Assembly (NCBI GenBank): GCA_035506515.1
Contig: DATJPG010000072.1
Coordinates: 69,563-133,562, forward strand
Source: Acidobacteriota bacterium
GTDB taxonomy: Bacteria; Acidobacteriota; UBA6911
Direction of reading: 5' to 3'
DNA length: 64,000 bases
Shown here: positions 29,860-39,902 of the stretch, piece by piece
How the letters are laid out: each line of letters opens with the position of its first letter
How positions within the stretch are numbered: position 1 is the stretch's first letter
Made by a program: the position numbers and the translations under genes
Notes under the pieces: model-generated
Database searches by the model: none
The model's input: only the letters and a program-made list of their open reading frames with translations
Told to the model about the DNA's origin: nothing

Positions 29860-31015
29860 CGCTGGCTCCCGAATTTTTTTTGGTATACCTCTTTTTGCTC
29901 TTCTGCTCTTCCTTCTTCTTATCGGCAGGGCTCGGCGTTGCAGTATTCGAATTGTTGGCTAATACGGTAGTGTCTTTGGTATCGCCGGAAGCGCTTTTTT
30001 TGATTTCGCTTTCGATTAAAATGTCATCCGAGGGTTTTTGCGGACTTATTTCTTTGGCAGCGGCTTCAGCCACCTTGACTTTTTCTGCCTCGACCGACTT
30101 TTTGGCCTCTTCATAGCGGTCCGGCTCGCCAACAAAGCCGAGGGCTTTTCCGAAGTCAATGAATGGTTTCAGGGGCGAAAAACCTTCCGGCGGTTTCACC
30201 TTTGCTTGATTTGCAGCGGCGATCTTCTCATTCACCTTTGGCAGCGGCTTGCCCAAAGCACTGAGTTTTGCTTTTGCGCCATCACTTTGCTTGCTGAACG
30301 GATATTCGCTGACGATCTTTCCAAGGTAGATGGCCTCTTCATCGGTATTTTTGACCTTGTCCAGAATGCTCGCTATGCGGGAAAGGACCTCCGGCATTTG
30401 CGAAAAATCCGGATAATTATCCAGAATTTCCTTGTACCGACCCCTGGCACCGAGGATATTGTTCCGTTCTTCATAAAATTTGCCGACACCCAGATTGCCC
30501 AGGGCCAGATCCTCTTCAACGTCCGTCTTGTATTTTTTGACGATCGGAGCGAAATCGCTGTCCGGAAATTGGCGGAGAAATGAAGTGATCCCCTGCAACG
30601 CCTTAAATGCGTAATGCTGATCGCGATCCGGCGTACCCATCATTTTCATGTTGATGGCAATATTTTTCATTTGCGCATCAGCGGCTTTGGGGTGAGCGGG
30701 GTAAAAGACTATGAAATCCTTGAACTGGTTTTCTGCCTGCAGAAGGTTTTCCGTCCCCCCTTCTTCATAAAATGACTCCCCCATGCCGAAATGAGCTTCC
30801 GGCGCCATTTCGCTATCGGGATAGGTCATCATCAGGTTCTGGAATGCCAGACGTGCTTTAAGAAACTGCCCGTTCTTGAGGAAGGCCGAGCCTGTCTCGA
30901 AGAGGGTCTTATCAGGAGGCACGACGCTTTTTTGAAGTTTCGCGCTTTTCTGATGGCATCCAAAAGAATACAGCAGGATGGCACACAGGAATACGCAGCG
31001 TATCGTTTGTTTCAT
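29834..31015 (-). CDS. bamD: Outer-membrane protein assembly factor BamD-like lipoprotein (TPR) with a long basic/Pro-rich C-terminal tail
   Basis: Lipoprotein signal ...LLYSFGC and YfiO/BamD-like TPR architecture. The C-terminal ~120 aa are low-complexity (KKKEEQKSKKRYTKK). Confidence 0.65.
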   Translation of the reverse strand: MKQTIRCVFLCAILLYSFGCHQKSAKLQKSVVPPDKTLFETGSAFLKNGQFLKARLAFQNLMMTYPDSEMAPEAHFGMGESFYEEGGTENLLQAENQFKDFIVFYPAHPKAADAQMKNIAINMKMMGTPDRDQHYAFKALQGITSFLRQFPDSDFAPIVKKYKTDVEEDLALGNLGVGKFYEERNNILGARGRYKEILDNYPDFSQMPEVLSRIASILDKVKNTDEEAIYLGKIVSEYPFSKQSDGAKAKLSALGKPLPKVNEKIAAANQAKVKPPEGFSPLKPFIDFGKALGFVGEPDRYEEAKKSVEAEKVKVAEAAAKEISPQKPSDDILIESEIKKSASGDTKDTTVLANNSNTATPSPADKKKEEQKSKKRYTKKNSGASDESKTPGN

Positions 31016-31069
31016 CGCTCCACGAACTCCTCCAATTTAAGGGAAAGCCCAAAAATGCGAACAGACTCG

Positions 31070-31762
31070 TCAGCTGACTTTCATGTCATTCATTTGTTGT
31101 TCCGCGATCCCTTTTAGTTCTCTAACCGCTTCGGTTGCATCCATTCGGGGATTGAATATGGCGGATCCGGCAACAATAATCTCAGCCCCGGCAAGGAGGA
31201 CTTCCCGCAAATTTTCCGAACCGATTCCGCCATCTATCTCTATACGTGCGTTATATCCGTTGGATGCAATAAATTCTCTGAGTTTTCTTATTTTTTTCAG
31301 AGAGGATGGAATGAATTTCTGACCGCCGAAACCCGGATTCACGGTCATAATGAGGACAAAGTCCGCAAGCGGCAGAATTTCGTTAAGCGATGCCAGCGAA
31401 GTTCCCGGGTTAATGGCAACACCTGCCTTGACCCCGCTTTCTTTCAGATAATTCAGCGTCCGGTCGAGGTGGACATCGGCTTCCACATGAACGGAGACCC
31501 AGTTGGCCCCTGCCCGGACGAAATCCTCAACATAACGATTGGGGTTTTCGATCATTAAATGAACATCCAGCGGCAACCGTGTCGTTTTGCGGATCGAGGA
31601 GACTGCCGGCGGCCCGATCGTGATATTCGGTACAAAATGCCCATCCATCACGTCGATATGAATCAGGTCTGCTCCTCCATTTTCGGCTTTCTCGATCTCG
31701 TGTCTCAGATTGGCAAAATCAGCAGACAATATGGATGGGGCTATTTCAATTTTCTGTCCCAA
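31070..31762 (-). CDS. rpe: Ribulose-phosphate 3-epimerase
   Basis: IAPSILSADF...IHIDVMDGHFVPNITIGP signature. Confidence 0.9.
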   Translation of the reverse strand: MGQKIEIAPSILSADFANLRHEIEKAENGGADLIHIDVMDGHFVPNITIGPPAVSSIRKTTRLPLDVHLMIENPNRYVEDFVRAGANWVSVHVEADVHLDRTLNYLKESGVKAGVAINPGTSLASLNEILPLADFVLIMTVNPGFGGQKFIPSSLKKIRKLREFIASNGYNARIEIDGGIGSENLREVLLAGAEIIVAGSAIFNPRMDATEAVRELKGIAEQQMNDMKVS

Positions 31763-31930
31763 GTCGATGCTCCGCTCGTACCTGTTTCACGCAATTCGCA
31801 GAAGGGTAACACAGCAAAATTATGGATTCAAGGCGCTTGCCTTCTAAGGGCTTGTGTGAAAATAACTTCCCTTCACCTCGAATGCAGCCGCCCCTCCGGC
31901 TTTTGTAATGGAAGCGGAGCCGGTTTTGCA

Positions 31931-33247
31931 TCATGACCTGCGCAGCATCAGCGCCGCAAAAAAACCGTCCCACAGGCGATTGCCGGGGTATGTCCGCACC
32001 ATGGAATCCTGCCCGACCCACTTTTCGATACCCGGCGGGTGGATTGGCTTTTGAAGGCAGAAGCCCGGATGAGTATTCAAGAATTCCCGAATGACCTGTT
32101 CGTTTTCCTCCGGTTCCGTCGAGCATGTGGAGTAAAGCAACCATCCCCCCAGGCGAACCGCTCCGGATACGCTATGGAGTATTTTCGTTTGATTGGCCTG
32201 CAGCTCGGCGAATTCCCTTTTTCGGAAACGCCACTTGATTTCCGGATTCCGACGGACTGTGCCCAGCCCGGAGCATGGGGCATCGGCAAGCACGGCATCG
32301 AAGCAATCCACGAACGGAGGCTGCTGCCGGGCATCGGCAACAAGTATTTGCGGAGCCCGTATGCCCGAGTCTTTTAAGATTTGCGCCAGTCTTGCCACCC
32401 TTTCATACCTCAAGTCACTGGCCACTATGTATCGGGAATTGCAGCAGATTTTGCCAAGGATGGCAGTTTTGCCTCCCGGCGCCGCGCAAGCATCCCAGAT
32501 TTTCCATCCCGGCATCGGGTGCAGCAGATGCGGGATCAGTTGCGAAGCCTCGTCCTGAAAATGAAATGCGGCCGGGCCGATTCCTTCCCGCGATGGAATT
32601 TTCACGTCGTCTGCCCTTATAAAGGCATCAGGGACTAAATCAGATTTAACGGCTGCAAATGGAAACACTTCACCGGTGGCATAATCCCCGAATATCCGCA
32701 TTGCCGCCTGCGGAGCCTTGTTTAGCGAAAGGGCAAAATCTTCCGCAACATCCTCTCCGTACCGTGCCGCCCATCTTTTATAGAGCCACTCCGGCAAAGA
32801 CACTTGATCCCAACGGGGCGCGCGGCGCATGCATTCGTCTTTTTCCCACAGATGATCTCGCGTCAGGCGCCGCAGAATACCGTTTATATACCCCTCGATG
32901 CCCTTTCCAAGTTCCCTCCTCGCAATCTCCACCGCATCATTCACCAGCGCATATTCTGGAATGCGGTCCATCTTCCACATCTGATACAGGCTCATCCGGA
33001 GAAGAATTTTTATGCCCTCCGCCACTTTTGGCCACGGGCGCGTGCTTGCCGCAGCCAGTACATAATCCAGCAATCCTTGCCAGCGCAGCGTTCCATAGAC
33101 TATCTCGGTGCTGAGATGCCTGTCCCGCACATCGAGATCCTGAATTTTGTCGGAATTCAGCGCATCATCGCTGCGCGTACGACCCGACCCGATATCGAAA
33201 AGAAGCTGGTAGCAGAGGGTTCGCGCGGGGGATATTTGTGGTGCCAT
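31931..33247 (-). CDS. rsmB: 16S rRNA (cytosine967-C5)-methyltransferase RsmB/Sun
   Basis: NusB-like N-terminal region and the SAM-MTase FDAVLADAPCSGLGTVRRNPE motif. Start chosen at the ATG at 33247 (MAPQISPARTLCYQLL); the track start at 33310 would overlap fmt by 44 bp. Confidence 0.8.
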   Translation of the reverse strand: MAPQISPARTLCYQLLFDIGSGRTRSDDALNSDKIQDLDVRDRHLSTEIVYGTLRWQGLLDYVLAAASTRPWPKVAEGIKILLRMSLYQMWKMDRIPEYALVNDAVEIARRELGKGIEGYINGILRRLTRDHLWEKDECMRRAPRWDQVSLPEWLYKRWAARYGEDVAEDFALSLNKAPQAAMRIFGDYATGEVFPFAAVKSDLVPDAFIRADDVKIPSREGIGPAAFHFQDEASQLIPHLLHPMPGWKIWDACAAPGGKTAILGKICCNSRYIVASDLRYERVARLAQILKDSGIRAPQILVADARQQPPFVDCFDAVLADAPCSGLGTVRRNPEIKWRFRKREFAELQANQTKILHSVSGAVRLGGWLLYSTCSTEPEENEQVIREFLNTHPGFCLQKPIHPPGIEKWVGQDSMVRTYPGNRLWDGFFAALMLRRS

Positions 33248-33266
33248 AGCGTTCAGAGGAGAGTTT

Positions 33267-34205
33267 TCAAAAAAGCGTTTCACCGGGAGAAAGGCGGGCG
33301 CCATTGGCAAATTCCCTGCCGGTCACCCTGTCCTTGGCAGGCAGCTGCACTTCCAGGATCTCGAGGATTGACGCCAGTCCGCATTGCACATACATGCCGT
33401 CCCCGGACTGGCCTAAAAACGTGCCTGGCACTGATTCGCTGCTGGTAGCGCGAGGGGGTGGCAGGCTTCGCCACACCTTCAGGCGTTCCCCGTGAAAACC
33501 CGCGTAGGCCACCGGCCATGGGTTCATCCCGCGAATCTGGTTGTGGATATCCAAAGCCGGCTTCTGCCATGAGATCTGCGCCATTTCTTTGGTGATACGT
33601 GGCGCCCATGAAACTTTGCCGGCGTCCTGAGGGACGGGCTGGATCGCTCCCTTTTGCAGTCCATCCAGTGTTCGAATCAGCAGGTGCGCCCCGATTTCCG
33701 AAAGCTCCGCCGTGAGATCTCCGGTGGTTGTGTGCATCGCGATTGGAACTTCCTGCTGCAACAGAATTGCACCGGCATCCAAATCTTTATGCATCAGCAT
33801 TGTGGTGACCCCGGTTACGTTTTCGCCGTTCAGAATCGGCCATGCCACCGGAGCAGCGCCGCGATACCTGGGAAGCAAGGAAGCGTGTAGGTTCACCGGC
33901 GCGATGCGCGCCGCGCTCAACATCCACTCGGGAAGTATTTGACCGTATGCCGCGACGACGATGAAGTCGGGCCGAAGCTGCTCCACGATGCTGCGGTTAT
34001 CTTCACTGCGGAGCCTGACCGGTTGGTATACGGGGATCCCACGCTCCTGCGCGAGGACCTTGATCGGGCCGGGCTGCACCCTGTGCCCTCGCCCGGACGG
34101 CTTGTCCGGCTGCGTGAAAACTGCGCAAATATCGTACGCAGACTCCAGTAGTATCCGGAACGCAGGAACTGCGAAAAGCGGGGTTCCGAGAAAAACGACA
34201 CGCAT
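33267..34205 (-). CDS. fmt: Methionyl-tRNA formyltransferase
   Basis: MRVVFLGTPLFAVP...the SLLPRYRGAAP motif and C-terminal domain. Confidence 0.9.
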   Translation of the reverse strand: MRVVFLGTPLFAVPAFRILLESAYDICAVFTQPDKPSGRGHRVQPGPIKVLAQERGIPVYQPVRLRSEDNRSIVEQLRPDFIVVAAYGQILPEWMLSAARIAPVNLHASLLPRYRGAAPVAWPILNGENVTGVTTMLMHKDLDAGAILLQQEVPIAMHTTTGDLTAELSEIGAHLLIRTLDGLQKGAIQPVPQDAGKVSWAPRITKEMAQISWQKPALDIHNQIRGMNPWPVAYAGFHGERLKVWRSLPPPRATSSESVPGTFLGQSGDGMYVQCGLASILEILEVQLPAKDRVTGREFANGARLSPGETLF

Positions 34206-34208
34206 TGT

Positions 34209-34718
34209 TTACCATTCGCCGGCTTTGGCCATTTTTTTGATCTTATTACGGATAAGAGTGCGTTTCAGACTACTGAGGTGATCCACGAAGAGCACGCCGT
34301 TCAAATGGTCAATCTCATGACTCAGGCACCGCGCCAACAGCCCTTCACCCTCGATCCGGATTTCCTCGCCTTTGGCGCCCTTGCCTCGCACTACCATTTT
34401 TTGCGGCCGCGTGACCGTTTCGCTGAAATCCGGCACACTCAAACAGCCTTCGTCATTTTTTTGCGTTCCCTCAGCCAGGATGATTTCCGGATTGCACAGA
34501 ACGATGAGTTTGTCCGGCTCTTCTCCTACCGTAAGATCTATCGTAGTAAGGCGTATATTGATCCCGACCTGAGAAGCAGCCAATCCGATTCCCGGAGCCG
34601 CATACATCGTCTCGACCATGTTCCTGACGATTTCCTCAAGTTTTTCGTCAAAGGACACGACGTCCTTGCTGACCGTCCTTAATTCCGTTGCTCCATATTT
34701 CAGAATCGGCAATATCAT
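34209..34718 (-). CDS. def: Peptide deformylase
   Basis: GIGLAASQVG, EGCLSVP and HEIDHLNG motifs. Confidence 0.9.
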   Translation of the reverse strand: MILPILKYGATELRTVSKDVVSFDEKLEEIVRNMVETMYAAPGIGLAASQVGINIRLTTIDLTVGEEPDKLIVLCNPEIILAEGTQKNDEGCLSVPDFSETVTRPQKMVVRGKGAKGEEIRIEGEGLLARCLSHEIDHLNGVLFVDHLSSLKRTLIRNKIKKMAKAGEW

Positions 34719-34848
34719 AACTGATTAATTTTAATGGAGATAGAACAACCTGTAAAGTGTGAATGCCGTGACAATCGCAGGTTTCAAGTTTCAGGTTTCA
34801 ACCAGTGCGGCAACCGCAAACCTGCTACCTGCAATCATTATGCCGTGC

Positions 34849-36021
34849 CTAATACTCGCTGACGGAGTGCTGATAGGAATCGTAGTTCGCCTGGATTTCC
34901 CGGAGAGAATCGCCCCCAAACTTTTCCAGAAAAACACCTGTGAGAACGATCGCGAGCATTGCTTCGGCCACAATGCCGGCCGAAGGAACAACGCAGACAT
35001 CGCTTCGTTCCACCGAGGCTTTTGAAACGCATTTGGTATCGATGTCGACGGAGTTCAATGCTTTGCGCAAGGTTGGAATGGGCTTGACATAGATCCTGAT
35101 CCGGAGTTCTTCTCCGTTGGTGATGCCTCCCTCCAATCCTCCTGCATTATTGGTATGTCTCAAAAACTTTCGTTCCCGATCGTCATAGAATATTTCATCG
35201 TGAATGGAGGAGCCGAACCTGCTGGCAGCAGCTATCCCGCAACCGAGTTCGACGGCTTTTATGGCAGGGATGCTCATCATGGCCTGGGCGATTTGCCCAT
35301 CCAGCCTGCGGTCCCACTGCACGTGCGATCCCAGCCCCGAGGGAATGGCTACCGCAACGATCTCGGAAATTCCACCGAGCGTATCCCCCCCGGCCCTGGC
35401 AATTTCGATCTGCCGGACCATACGCTTTTCGGCGGCCGCATCGACACATCGCAGACGGGATGATGGGTTCAGGGCAAAAATCTTTTCGGCCAGGACGCGC
35501 TCGTACTTTTTCCCGACGCGCACTTTTCCGACAGCCACCGTGTGACTACCGATTTCGATTCCGAAGCGAGACAGCAAAAGGCGGCAGAAAGCTCCAACCG
35601 CAACCCGCACAGCCGTTTCACGGGCGCTCGCACGCTCCAGCACATTGCGTACGTCAAAGGTCTGATACTTCAAAACTCCGGCCAAATCGGCATGTCCCGG
35701 CCGCGGATGCGTCACTCGACGAACATCAGTCCCCACAGGAACGGGTTCGATCGACATCGGCAGCCGCCAGTGATCCCAATCCCTGTTTTCAATTGTGAAT
35801 GCGATCGGGCTTCCCAACGTCAAGCCGTGTCGCACACCGGAAGTGATGTGCACACTGTCCCGCTCGATTTTCATACGTCCGCCCCGGCCGTATCCAAGCT
35901 GGCGCCTGTGTAATTGACCATTGATGAAAGAGACATCGATCGAAATGCCGCCGGGCAATCCCTCGATAATACCGGTCAGACATCTGCCGTGAGATTCACC
36001 AGCCGTTAAGAATCGAAGCAT
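34849..36021 (-). CDS. aroC: Chorismate synthase
   Basis: MLRFLTAGESHG N-terminus and conserved AroC core. Confidence 0.9.
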   Translation of the reverse strand: MLRFLTAGESHGRCLTGIIEGLPGGISIDVSFINGQLHRRQLGYGRGGRMKIERDSVHITSGVRHGLTLGSPIAFTIENRDWDHWRLPMSIEPVPVGTDVRRVTHPRPGHADLAGVLKYQTFDVRNVLERASARETAVRVAVGAFCRLLLSRFGIEIGSHTVAVGKVRVGKKYERVLAEKIFALNPSSRLRCVDAAAEKRMVRQIEIARAGGDTLGGISEIVAVAIPSGLGSHVQWDRRLDGQIAQAMMSIPAIKAVELGCGIAAASRFGSSIHDEIFYDDRERKFLRHTNNAGGLEGGITNGEELRIRIYVKPIPTLRKALNSVDIDTKCVSKASVERSDVCVVPSAGIVAEAMLAIVLTGVFLEKFGGDSLREIQANYDSYQHSVSEY

Positions 36022-36216
36022 ATGTTTCCCTTCCCGGCCAATTGTACTTGAAACGTTTTGCCATTCCTAGTTTTCCGCCGCTTCCTGCTTTTCCCTGCGC
36101 AAACCGCTCAATGCCAAGTTATTTTTGTTCAAACCTTTAGAGCAATAGCTTCCTTGATTTGTCCTTGACTTATAGAAGCAGCGCCCAATACACTTTCGCG
36201 AGGCTAATCGAAGGCT

Positions 36217-37023
36217 ATGCAAAACACCCTGACCCGAGTGCTGGGCTTTCCCATCCGCTTTCTCACAAAGACGATCTGGGAAATTCAATCCTACACTCTT
36301 CTCTCGGTTCGGGCTATCGCGAATCTATTCAGCAGGCCGATTTATTGGCGGGAAATGATCCTGCAGATGGATCGCATGGGCGTTGGTTCGCTCACCATTG
36401 TTATCCTGACGGGGTTTTTCACGGGCGCCGTTCTTGCCATTCAGTCCGAAAGCGCCCTGCGCCGATATGGCGCAGTCAGCATGACGGGCCAGCTCGTTTC
36501 CCTGACACTAATCCGCGAGCTGGGGCCGGTCCTGTCAGCCCTGATGCTCTCGGGAAGGATTGGATCCGGCATCGCCTCGGAATTGGGTTCAATGGTCGTA
36601 TCGGAACAAATTAATGCAATGCGGGCTTTGGGAACGGATCCTACGCGCCGGCTTGTGACGCCAAGGGTGATTTCCATGCTCGTCATGCTCCCGTTGCTCA
36701 CCGTCATTTGCGATGCCACGGGCATGTTGGGAGGATGGATCATCGCATCCTTCAAGCTACTCATCAGCTCAAACCAGTTCTGGTCCGATGCAATCAATAC
36801 CCTGCAGTTTTCCGACGTCGTCGGCACTCTGTTCAAACCGGTTGTTTTCGGATTTATCATCGCGATGACCGGCTGCTATGTCGGCCTGCGCACGCACGGA
36901 GGGACCGAAGGCGTTGGAAGATCCACGACGCAAGCTGTCGTCAGCAGCTCGATTTTGATTATCGCGGCGGACTTCTTTTTGAACAATTTGATCATCTACA
37001 TTTCTCCCCTGATGAACCCATGA
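36217..37023 (+). CDS. mlaE: Phospholipid ABC transporter permease MlaE
   Basis: MlaE/YrbE-family permease with 5 TM helices and a GAVLAIQSESALRRYGA motif. Confidence 0.85.
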   Translation: MQNTLTRVLGFPIRFLTKTIWEIQSYTLLSVRAIANLFSRPIYWREMILQMDRMGVGSLTIVILTGFFTGAVLAIQSESALRRYGAVSMTGQLVSLTLIRELGPVLSALMLSGRIGSGIASELGSMVVSEQINAMRALGTDPTRRLVTPRVISMLVMLPLLTVICDATGMLGGWIIASFKLLISSNQFWSDAINTLQFSDVVGTLFKPVVFGFIIAMTGCYVGLRTHGGTEGVGRSTTQAVVSSSILIIAADFFLNNLIIYISPLMNP

Positions 37024-37811
37024 TCGAATTCAGGCAGGTCCACAAATATTTCGATGACGAAGTCGTTCTTAAGGACGTCAGTTTCAAGATCCCTCCCGGG
37101 GAGACGAAAATTATCCTGGGCGCAAGCGGATCCGGCAAATCCACAATCCTGAAGCTGATCCTCGGCCTGATACGTCCCGAATCCGGCCAAATCCTGGTCC
37201 AGGATCAAGACATCACCAAAATGAGCGAGCGCGAACTTGTGCATGTTCGCAGCGCAATAGGGATGATCTTTCAGGAAGGCGCTCTGTTCGATTCACTCAG
37301 CGTGAGGGAAAATGTCGGGTATCGCCTTTCTGAAGAGGGGCAATTGAGCGAAGAGGAGATCAACAGCGAGATCCTTAAGCTCCTCGGTTTTGTAGGGCTT
37401 GAGGACGCCATCGACAAAATGCCCGGCGAACTCTCCGGAGGTATGAAACGCAGGGTCGGGATCGCCCGAGCGCTCGTCGGAACGCCGAAGATTGTGCTCT
37501 ATGACGAGCCCACTGCCGGATTGGATCCGATAACCAAAAGAGCGATCGTTGAGCTGATGATCAAGTTACGGGATATGGAGGGCGTGACGAGTATATTTGT
37601 CACCCATGATCTGAATGCCGCTTCTACCATCGCGACCGAACAGGCAATGGCGGACGCGGACGGTACGGTCCATATTCAGCATGCCGGCGAAGCCGCAGAT
37701 CTCTTAAACACCCGATTCATCATGCTTCAGAATGGCTCCGTTTGTTTCGAGGGCGATTATCACGATCTGATGCATTCCTCGATCCCTTATGTGAAGGCCT
37801 TTATTTCATAG
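37020..37811 (+). CDS. mlaF: Phospholipid ABC transporter ATP-binding protein MlaF
   Basis: Walker A GASGSGKST, LSGGMKRRV signature and Walker B LYDEPTAGLD. ATGA overlap with the mlaE stop. The track ORF start at 36708 was rejected. Confidence 0.85.
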   Translation: MIEFRQVHKYFDDEVVLKDVSFKIPPGETKIILGASGSGKSTILKLILGLIRPESGQILVQDQDITKMSERELVHVRSAIGMIFQEGALFDSLSVRENVGYRLSEEGQLSEEEINSEILKLLGFVGLEDAIDKMPGELSGGMKRRVGIARALVGTPKIVLYDEPTAGLDPITKRAIVELMIKLRDMEGVTSIFVTHDLNAASTIATEQAMADADGTVHIQHAGEAADLLNTRFIMLQNGSVCFEGDYHDLMHSSIPYVKAFIS

Positions 37812-37904
37812 ATCTTGTGGATTCGAACAGGAATACCTTGCCGGAAGAAGGCAATACAAAGCGCATGATCGAGCGCCAGAGCAGCGTTCGAGGAAGGGAG
37901 TCCC

Positions 37905-39128
37905 ATGCCACCTAAAAAGCAAATAGCTTTGGCGCAGATGAAAGTGGGGATCTTCGTTGTGGTCGCCCTCGTTCTGCTCCTCACTCTAATACTCCAGCAG
38001 AGCTGGAGCCTCAACTGGTTCTCGAAATCAGCGAAAGCCGTGACCTATTTGCCCGATGTCGGCGGTCTTAAATCGGGGGCTCCGGTTTGGCTGGCCGGAA
38101 TTGAGATTGGCAAGGTCCGGAAGGTCTCGATTATCCCGCCGGAGCTTTATCCGGGAAATGCGACGATCTTCCGAAAAATTGGCGAATTGGAGAAGGAAAA
38201 GGAAGCGATCGACAGAAAGCTCCCGGCGGCGCAGAAGATGATCGACGACCTGCAGGAAAGTATCCGCGACCTGAAATCGGACATTCGAATTGTCGAAGTC
38301 CAGCTTGAAATCCGCCAGCAATATCTTAGCCGGATAGGCCGAGACTCGGAGGTCAGCATCGAATCCAGAGGCCTCATCGGCGACTCGTTTATCAACATTT
38401 CGGCCGGCACATCCGGCGGGCTGCCTCTTCAAAGAGGCGAGTACTCCGTGATCGAAAGCGTTCAGCGCCCTGGATTTCGCGAAATTATGACCGGCGCAAA
38501 CGACGTTGTTGCCAACTTCGGTGTGCTTTCCGAACAGTTCAAGACCATCACCAAGAAGATCAATCCTGAAAAGCTTGGGAATAATGTCTCCGACACGATC
38601 ACCGAGCTTCGCGAGACGATGAAAAAAGCCGGATACACTTTTTCGGAAATGACAAAGCTCGTCCAGGATCTGCACGGCGGACAAGGCAGCGTCGCCAAGG
38701 CGATCAACGATCCGGCGCTGTATGAACGCCTGATCAGCTCCGTCGACCGATTCAACAAGATTGCCGACAGCATCCAGAACGGCAATGGCACCTTGTCCAA
38801 GCTCATTAACGATCCGTCCCTTTATAACTCCGCTGCCGATAGCCTGAAGAAGGCTGACGTGATGATGGCAAGGATAGAACGGGGCGAAGGAACCCTGGGC
38901 AAGCTGTCAAAAGATGAAGAACTCTATGAGAGCACCCAAAAGGCTCTCACCCGTTTTGCCTCGCTGGTTGATGAAATTCAGCAGGGTAAGGGCACAATGG
39001 GCAAGCTGTTGAAAGACCCCGGGCTTTACAACAATCTGGACCAGTCAACGGCAGAAATCAGCAAGCTTCTCTATGATTTGAGACAAGATCCCAAGAAGTA
39101 TTTAACCATCCGCCTCCGCGTGTTTTGA
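37905..39128 (+). CDS. mlaD: MCE-domain protein MlaD with a long C-terminal coiled-coil extension
   Basis: N-terminal TM helix, an MCE domain (VTYLPDVGGLKSGAPVWLAGIEIGKV) and ~250 aa of heptad-like repeats (GTLSKLINDPSLY, GTLGKLSKDEELY, GTMGKLLKDPGLY). Confidence 0.8.
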   Translation: MPPKKQIALAQMKVGIFVVVALVLLLTLILQQSWSLNWFSKSAKAVTYLPDVGGLKSGAPVWLAGIEIGKVRKVSIIPPELYPGNATIFRKIGELEKEKEAIDRKLPAAQKMIDDLQESIRDLKSDIRIVEVQLEIRQQYLSRIGRDSEVSIESRGLIGDSFINISAGTSGGLPLQRGEYSVIESVQRPGFREIMTGANDVVANFGVLSEQFKTITKKINPEKLGNNVSDTITELRETMKKAGYTFSEMTKLVQDLHGGQGSVAKAINDPALYERLISSVDRFNKIADSIQNGNGTLSKLINDPSLYNSAADSLKKADVMMARIERGEGTLGKLSKDEELYESTQKALTRFASLVDEIQQGKGTMGKLLKDPGLYNNLDQSTAEISKLLYDLRQDPKKYLTIRLRVF

Positions 39129-39165
39129 ACTTGACAAGAATTTTGAATCTGTCTAGCCTTACGCC

Positions 39166-39810
39166 ATGTTTAGCAACATAATCGGTCGGGGTGGGAAATA
39201 TCTGCTTGACCGGATAGTTTGGATTCTGACTCGCCTCAAAATAAACCCGAATATCCTTACGTTTACGGGCGTTCTGATCAGCTTCTGGGCTGCTTGGGAA
39301 TTCGGCTTCGGGAATTTTTCCCGCGGCGCTCTTGTCATCATCCTGGCAGGCATGTTCGATATGCTGGATGGTGAAGTTGCGCGCGTCAGTCTTACAGAAA
39401 CGAGTTTCGGCGCCTTTTATGATTCGGTGATTGATCGCTATTCAGACATCATAATCCTTCAGGGTCTCGTCGTTTATTATGCCAGGAATCAGCTTCTACA
39501 TTATGTCGTACTCGTCGGCGTTGTCATCATGGGATCGGTCCTCACAAGCTACGCCCGAGCACGCGCGGAATCACTGATCCCAAAATGCAAAGTCGGTTTT
39601 ATGGAAAGGCCCGAGCGGATTGTGCTTCTGATCATCGGCGGTCTGGCCAATCGCATGGAAGCCGTGCTGTGGGTCCTGGCAATCCTGGGCAATTGGACCG
39701 TGATCAACCGCATCTATTACACCTGGAAAGAGCTCCCCAAGCAGAGAGAGCTGGAACAGGCAAAAGCGCCAGCCCAGCCGCAAGCCTCTGCCGCTGCATC
39801 ATCCAACTAA
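39166..39810 (+). CDS. CDP-alcohol phosphatidyltransferase family protein
   Basis: DMLDGEVAR...G...DSVIDRYSD (D-x2-DG-x2-AR...G-x3-D-x3-D) motif and multiple TM helices. Confidence 0.75.
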   Translation: MFSNIIGRGGKYLLDRIVWILTRLKINPNILTFTGVLISFWAAWEFGFGNFSRGALVIILAGMFDMLDGEVARVSLTETSFGAFYDSVIDRYSDIIILQGLVVYYARNQLLHYVVLVGVVIMGSVLTSYARARAESLIPKCKVGFMERPERIVLLIIGGLANRMEAVLWVLAILGNWTVINRIYYTWKELPKQRELEQAKAPAQPQASAAASSN

Positions 39811-39902
39811 GAGCAGCTGCCGTCCTTCAGCTATCTGCAAGACTAGGGCACCGCACGGTTTAGGCTCGTGTTCAAAGCTGAAAGCTGGCAGCTGAAAGCC
39901 AA

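Noticed and set aside
36708-37019. N-terminal 104 codons of the track ORF 36708..37811
   Set aside because: It overlaps mlaE in another frame. The ABC ATPase begins at the ATG at 37020 (MIEFRQVHKYF) with the ATGA overlap typical of mlaE-mlaF.
39811-39900. Long-range inverted repeat cagctgccgtccttcagct / agctgaaagctggcagctg between the convergent CDP-alcohol transferase and LolA-like genes
   Set aside because: It could be a bidirectional terminator, but the loop is ~45 nt and there is no T-tract. Too weak to list as a feature.
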